Shown here: one piece after another, positions 58,683 through 64,000 of the stretch
Layout of the letters: every line of letters begins with the position of its first letter
Position numbering within the stretch: position 1 is the stretch's first letter
Assembly (NCBI GenBank): GCA_963722105.1
Contig: CAVRKQ010000011.1
Coordinates: 451,065-515,064 of the forward strand
DNA length: 64,000 nt
Direction of reading: 5' to 3'
Source: an uncultured Chloroflexia bacterium
GTDB taxonomy: Bacteria > Chloroflexota > Limnocylindria > Limnocylindrales > CSP1-4
The notes under the pieces: generated by a model
The model's database searches: none
Seen by the model: the letters and a program-made list of their open reading frames with translations, nothing else
What the model was told of the DNA's origin: nothing
Position numbers and translations under genes: made by a program

Positions 58683-59544
58683 GTGCGGCCGGCACGTACC
58701 ATCCGCGCCGATGAGGGACGAGGCTCGGTGAGGGGCGAGAGCGGGGCGCGCGACCTCGCGATCGCGGTGGGGGTCGTGGTCGCGCTGGCGAGATTCGCGC
58801 CGGATGGGTTCGTCTGGCCCATCGCCGCCGCGCTCCTCGCCGGCGTGTTCCTCGGGGCCCTGCAGATCGTCGCGGAGGCGGATCCCGCGTCGGGCAACTC
58901 GGGCGTGCCGATCGAATCGCTGATCCTCCCGGGTGGTGCGGCCCTCGCCGCCCTGGGAGCGATCCGCCTCGTGCCGGTCGGCGTCGTGCTCCTGCCCGCG
59001 TTCGTGCTCGCCGGCGGGATCGTCGGGCTCGCGCTCCTGACGGAGCTGCGGCTCGCGCGGGCGAGCGCCCCACCTTCCTCGGCCGATCGGACGGCCATCC
59101 TGATCCAGGTCCTCCTGGTCGGGTTCCTGGGCTTCGCGGGCGTGGCGACGCTCGTGCCGGGTGGCCTGCCGGACCCCGGCGAGGCGCCCTCTCCCGCCGG
59201 ACCCGACGCGATCGCCGTGATCGCCCAGGCGATCGGCGACGGGCTCATCGGGTTCCTCCTCGCTTACCGGACGCGCGGCGCTTCGGACCTCCAACCTGCG
59301 GGACGTCACATGGTTCGCCCTCACCGGTGCGGCTGTCGTGGCGATCGCCGCCGTCGCGCTCCGTTCCATCGAGATTCCGCGGATCCTCGGGCCGGCGTTG
59401 CTCGTACTCGTGTTCTTCCTCTGGGATGCGATCCACAGCGGCGGCACCGTGCGGCGCCGGGATCCGTGGCGCATCTGGGAGACCGCGCTCCTGGCCGTGC
59501 TCGCCATCGTCGTCATCGGCTGGAGCATCGGAATTCGGGCCTGA
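58683..59544 (+). pseudogene. polytopic membrane protein, function unknown, with one +1 break near 59280
   Basis: ORF 58683..59594 (hydrophobic up to ...GFLLAYRTR) continues in ORF 59338..59544 (VVAIAAVALRSIEIPRILGPALLVLVFFLWD...VVIGWSIGIRA). Start is uncertain. Confidence 0.5.
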
Positions 59545-59606
59545 GCGAGGTCGTTCCGAGGCGACGCAGGCTGCCGCGGACCGATTTCGGGTGATTGGCC
59601 GCTAGA

Positions 59607-59638
59607 CTTGTCATGCACGCCCGGGTGAGCGTTTGACG
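59607..59638 (+). promoter_or_regulatory. conserved box, copy D (diverged; overlaps a hairpin)
   Basis: cttgtcatgcacgcccgggtgagcgtttga aligns to CTTGTC..CCC(T)GGGTGA.CG.T.TGA with a 5-nt insertion. It overlaps the hairpin cccgggtgagcg-tttga-cgctcacctgcccggg (59620-59653). It sits 115-150 nt upstream of the TPR gene. Confidence 0.35.
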
Positions 59639-59753
59639 CTCACCTGCCCGGGTGCTATGAAGTCTCGCCCCGAATTCGTCAGCAAATCGCTTCGACGCGA
59701 CCGCCGCCGAGCACGAACGCCCGCCGACCGCCGACCCGAAAGGACCTCGCCAC

Positions 59754-60614
59754 GTGACCTTCTCCGAAACGGAATCGAACGCCTCCAGCCCCGCCGCCGC
59801 GACGCGGGTCCGGCGCCAGCTCGCCGAGCAGGCGATCGCCCAGGCCGCCGCCGGGCAGTGGAGCGAGGCCGCCGACACCAACCGGAAGCTGCTCGAGATG
59901 GCCGCGGAGGCCGATACCGAGAACCGCCTCGCGAAGGCCCTGTGGGAGCTCGGCGAGCTCGGGTCCGCCCGCGAGCACTACCAGGCCGCGCTCGCCCTCG
60001 ACCCGACGAACCGCATCGCGGAGCGCAATATCGACCGCCTCCGAACCCTCCTCGTCGCGGCCGGCGAGAAGACCGTTCCGGCGATGGACGGCTCCAAGGC
60101 TCCGGTCCGGATCTTCGTGGAGGAGACCGGCAAGACGGGCTTCGCGCACCTGCTCGACCTGCCCGAGCCGAAGAAGCTCGCCCAGGTCAACCCAGGCGAC
60201 ACCGTCGAGCTGACCCCCGAGGGCAATCGCCTGATCGCGATGAGCAACGGCATGCGGATCGGCGTCGTGGAGCCACGGGTCGCGGCGCGCCTCCTGAAGC
60301 TCATCGCCGATGGCAACAAGTACCTCGCCGGCGTGACCTCGCTCGGTGCGCAGGACGTCCGGATCATCATCCGCGAGGTCTTCCAGGACCCCCGCAACTA
60401 CGGCAAGGTCTCGTTCCCGACGGCCGCCAAGTCGACCGACCTTCGTCCGTACACCAAGGGCACCCTCCTCCGCGAGGACGAGGAGCTCGAGGAGGACCTC
60501 GAGGACGACGTCGAGGACGAGGAGATCACCGACCTCGAGAGCGTCATCCCGCCGGACGACACCACCGACGAGGCCTTCGAAGCGGAAGACGACGAGATCG
60601 AGGACAACAACTAG
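59754..60614 (+). CDS. TPR-like protein with a highly acidic C-terminal tail
   Basis: 286 aa. N-terminal helical repeats (AEADTENRLAKALWELGELGSAREHYQAALALDPTN), a central beta-rich domain and the tail EDEELEEDLEDDVEDEEITDLE...EAEDDEIEDNN. GTG start. Confidence 0.65.
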   Translation: MTFSETESNASSPAAATRVRRQLAEQAIAQAAAGQWSEAADTNRKLLEMAAEADTENRLAKALWELGELGSAREHYQAALALDPTNRIAERNIDRLRTLLVAAGEKTVPAMDGSKAPVRIFVEETGKTGFAHLLDLPEPKKLAQVNPGDTVELTPEGNRLIAMSNGMRIGVVEPRVAARLLKLIADGNKYLAGVTSLGAQDVRIIIREVFQDPRNYGKVSFPTAAKSTDLRPYTKGTLLREDEELEEDLEDDVEDEEITDLESVIPPDDTTDEAFEAEDDEIEDNN

Positions 60615-60814
60615 TCCAGAACGTCTCGCCAAGCGCCGCCGCGCGGGCCGCGGCGCCACCTTTTGGTCATATCGACACCCACGGACGCCAAGTCGTCCAG
60701 CTCGGCGACCGCGAGCCCTCTCGAGCTCGATCTGCCCTGGGTTCAGGCCGGATCTGAACGTGGCCGCCGAGTAACAGATTGACGGATTCGTCCCCGGAGA
60801 GCTCCTCCAGCCTC

Positions 60815-60844
60815 CTAGTCGTCCCTGGGTGACGGTTTGATCAA
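60815..60844 (+). promoter_or_regulatory. conserved box, copy B (50-80 nt upstream of the 60895 gene)
   Basis: ctagtcgtccctgggtgacggtttgatcaa. About 27 of 30 positions are identical to copy A. Confidence 0.55.
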
Positions 60845-60894
60845 CAGCCGCGGCCCTGGGCGGCGGGCTGATCCGACCTGCCACAATCGCAGCG

Positions 60895-63649
60895 ATGGTC
60901 GGGAGGCTGCTCCTCTCGCGCGCGGAGCCGGGGTTCACCCTCCCTGCCTTCGAGCGGATCGCGCCACCGCCGCCGCCGGAGCTCGTCCGGGCGCGACTCG
61001 AGGCGGGCAGCCAGCCGGGCGACATCGTCGCCGACCTGTTCGGGCGGGGTGGCTGGATCGCGCGAGCGGCGATCGACAGACAGCGGCGCGCCTTCTCCCT
61101 CGAGTCGAGCCCGCTGACCCGCCTGCTCGCCGAGGTCGTCCTCCGGCCGCCCGACCTGCGGCACCTCGACGCCGCGTTCTCGTCCCTCGCTGCGTCGCCG
61201 CTCGGCGAATCGAGCCTGCGGATCTCGATCAACGACCTGTTCGCGACGAAATGCGCCACCTGCGGCCGGAGCGTGGCCGTCGACGAGCTCGAGTGGTCCG
61301 ACGGCGAGCCGGCGAAGGTCCATTACCGCTGCCAGCTCTGCCGCGACCAGCAGGGTCGATCGGAGCACCAGGCGGTCGAGCCGACCGACGCGGACCGCAA
61401 GAAGGCGTCGCGGGACATCGGGGCCGGCGCCGTTCGAAAGCGGCTGCGTGAGCGATTTCCTGTGCCGAATGGTGGCGACGGTCTGATCGAGGACCTGCTC
61501 GGGCTCCACACGGATCGGCAGCTCGTCGGGCTCGCGGCGATTCTCGCTCGCGTGGAAGGCGACCTCCGTGCGGCGCCGGTCGAGAGCGCGCTGCGCCTCG
61601 CGTTCCTGCACGCGGTCCTGCCGGCCAGCCGGCTGGGCCTCGGGGGCGCGAAGACCCCGACGCTCCGAATCGCCGCCGGCCGCGTGCAGACGAAGCTCCC
61701 GGAGCGGTGGCACGAGCGCAACCCGTGGCTGACGTTCGAGGAAGGGTTCCGCCTCGTCCGGGGGTTCGTGCAGCGGTTGGAGAGCGGCGCGCTCGGTCCG
61801 CTGGAGGCGCGGCTCGGGTCGGACCTGCGAAGCCTCGTGGAGGGCGCACCGAACGCCGTCGTCCGCGTGCTCACGCCGGGCGCGCTGGAGACGTTCGCCA
61901 AGGAGGCTCGCGACCACGCGCCGCGCATCCGGCTGGTGCTCGGCCAGCCCCCGGCGCGATTCAACCAGGAGCGGCTCGGCGCGACCTACCACGCCACGAG
62001 CTGGGCGCTGGGTCGGGAGGCGGCGGCGCTCCTGCCGCTCGAGCCGCTGCTCGGCCCGGCCGTCCGGGCGCCCTGGTCGTGGCAGGCGACCGCGCTGCGG
62101 CGCTCGCTGGAAGCGGCTGCCCCGCACCTCGCCCGGGATGCGCGCGTGGTGCTCCTGCTGGACCAGGGCGGACCCGAGGCGCTGGTCGCAGCGGTCCTCG
62201 GTGGTGTCGGCGCCGGGTACCGGGTCATCGAAGCCCGGCTCACCGACCCCGAGGACGAGGTCGGCGGCGTGGTCGAGCTCGTCCCGCCGGGCGGGATCCT
62301 GCCGCCGGGCCCGCTGCTCGCGGAGCAACACGCGGCTGGAGCCCGGCCCTGGCGACCGCGGCGACCCGGAGCTCGTGCCGGGGCCGGGGCTGTTCGCGCC
62401 GCCGGAGCGCATCGAGGCGCGCCCGTTCTCGCCCCGCGAGGCGGCCGCCACGGTCCTGGAGACGACCGTGGAGGTGCTCCGCGAACGCGGCGAGCCGGCG
62501 AGCTTCGAGCGGCTGCTCGGCGAGATCCTCGTCGGCCTCGATCGATCCGGGTCCCTCCGCCGGCTGCTCGCGACGGAGCCGTCCAGCGACACCGGCGGCG
62601 TGGACGGCGACGACCGCTCCGGCGACCGAGGCGACGACGGCGCCGACCGGGCGAGTGCCGGCATCGGGTCCGGACCTGGAGGCGCAGCGGCCGCGGCGGC
62701 GGGGGCGGGCGAGGGGGCTCCCCCGACGACGCGCCAGCGCACGTTCGCGGAGCCCGTGCCACCCAGCGATCCTGTCGAACGCGTGCTCGCCCTCATCCGC
62801 GACGAGCTCGGGCGGCCGACGCAGCACCGGCTGGCCGAGGTTGAGCCCGGCCGCTGGTGGCTCGGCGACCGCCAGGATCGCGAGGCCGCGGCCATCCCGC
62901 TCGCGGACCGCGTCGAGTGGGCCGTCTACAGCCTCCTCTCGACCGCCGGCCCGATCGCCGAGACCGCGTTCTTCGAGCGCGTGGCGTCGCTCTTCTCCGG
63001 CCACGACCTGCCCGACGAGGCGCTCGTCCGGGCCTCGCTGGCGAGCTACCGCAGCCCCGCCTCGACCGCGACCCGCCTCATGACCAACGAGGACGTTCGC
63101 CGGCGCACGACCGAGCACGCCGAGCTCCTCGCGCACCTCGCCAACGGCGGGCACCGGCTCGGCATGCACATCTGGATCGGCCGGCGCGATCAGGCCCGCC
63201 AGGTTGGCGACAAGACGCTCGGCGATTTCCTCGACCCGCATCGTGAGCGCGAACCTTGGTTCCCGACCATCTCGCTCGTCCCGAAGGAGGTCGGTGAGGC
63301 GGTCGACTGCATCTGGTACCAGCGCGGCGGCACGGCGCTGCTCTGGGAGGTCGAGTGGACGGCGATGCTGGGCGACGTCCTGCTCCGGCGCCACGCCCGC
63401 ATCCCGCCGGATGAGCGGATCGTCCGGTTCCTGGCGATCCCCCCCGAGCGTCGCGAGCTCGCCCGGCACAAGCTGGAGGCCTCGCCGATCCTCCGCGACG
63501 CGATGGAGGCGTCGAACTGGCACCTCATCCTCTGGCCGCACCTCCAGGCTTGGCTCGCCCGCGACCCGCTGGACCTCGCGGACATCGAGCCCTACCTCGG
63601 CCTCGAGCCGCTGGTGGAACGCCGCGCCGAGCAGCTGCCGCTGTTCTGA
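60895..63649 (+). pseudogene. large (about 918 aa) methyltransferase-like / zinc-ribbon / PD-(D/E)xK-like protein with one +1 break near 62300-62340
   Basis: ORF 60895.. (frame 1) continues in ORF 62138..63649 (frame 2). Motif-I-like DIVADLFGRGGWIARAAI, zinc ribbon CATCGRS...CQLCRD, LVLGQPPARF where an NPPY-type motif would sit, and C-terminal VDCIWY...LLWEVEWT. Confidence 0.65.
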
Positions 63650-63714
63650 CGGCGCGACACCACGCATCCGGGTGACACCGCTACCCTGTGCTCCCTCGCA
63701 CGGGGAGAACGACC

Positions 63715-64000
63715 TTGCCTGAGCCGAGCGCCGTCGACCAGCTTGCGGACGGCTTCTGGGAGCGGCTGAAGCAGCTCCAGCCCTTCAGCGCCACGATCAA
63801 CGGCGACAACCGCTACGACGATCGCCTGCCCGACACGAGCGCCAAGGGCCGGGCCGAGCTCCGCCAGTTCGCCGACGACATGCGCGACGCGGCCCTTTCG
63901 ATCGCCGACGACGGGCTGTCCGTCGAGGACCGGATCACCCGCGACGTGCTGCGGGTCATCGGCACGATCTTCGCGATCCAGGACGAGCAGCGGATCGACA
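63715..64000 (+). CDS. DUF885-like protein (5' part; runs off the window)
   Basis: TTG 63715 is preceded by GGGGAGAA. LPEPSAVDQLADGFWERLKQLQPFSATINGDNRYDDRLPDTS resembles DUF885 N-termini. Confidence 0.55.
   Translation, partial: MPEPSAVDQLADGFWERLKQLQPFSATINGDNRYDDRLPDTSAKGRAELRQFADDMRDAALSIADDGLSVEDRITRDVLRVIGTIFAIQDEQRID

Overview
Very GC-rich bacterial chromosomal segment (third codon positions are mostly G/C; many ATGA/GTGA start-stop overlaps; F420/LLM-type, DinB and ECF-sigma genes fit an Actinomycetota- or Chloroflexota-like organism, but I cannot place it). Content is mostly housekeeping. Main blocks: methyl cycle (ahcY, metK), kynureninase, a GDP-mannose operon, and a cobalamin riboswitch followed by a BtuFCD-type ABC importer. 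Then a GcvT-like gene divergent from two tandem CrtI-like flavoproteins, trpS, hom-thrC-thrB and ask-birA. A large acetyl-CoA carboxylase / type II fatty-acid-synthesis block follows (accD, accA, BCCP-like, accC, fabZ, fabF, accB, fabH, fabG), then a GGDEF protein and a PolX-PHP polymerase. No rRNA, tRNA or CRISPR array was seen. Points worth a second look: (1) a 2.96-kb integrative element (large serine recombinase plus HUH Rep) flanked by an 11-bp direct repeat at the thrB stop codon; (2) a roughly 30-nt conserved box in four copies around PolX, a TPR protein and a 918-aa methyltransferase-like/nuclease-like protein; (3) a BCCP paralogue inside the acc operon that lacks the biotinyl-lysine; (4) a palindrome-rich repeat of about 150 nt at two loci; (5) a bacterial VHL-beta-domain-like secreted protein; (6) a MerR-LMW-phosphatase fusion. 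At least 30 reading-frame breaks occur in clusters, and nearly all shift +1. This looks like insertion-type sequence error, so every 'pseudogene' call below is provisional.
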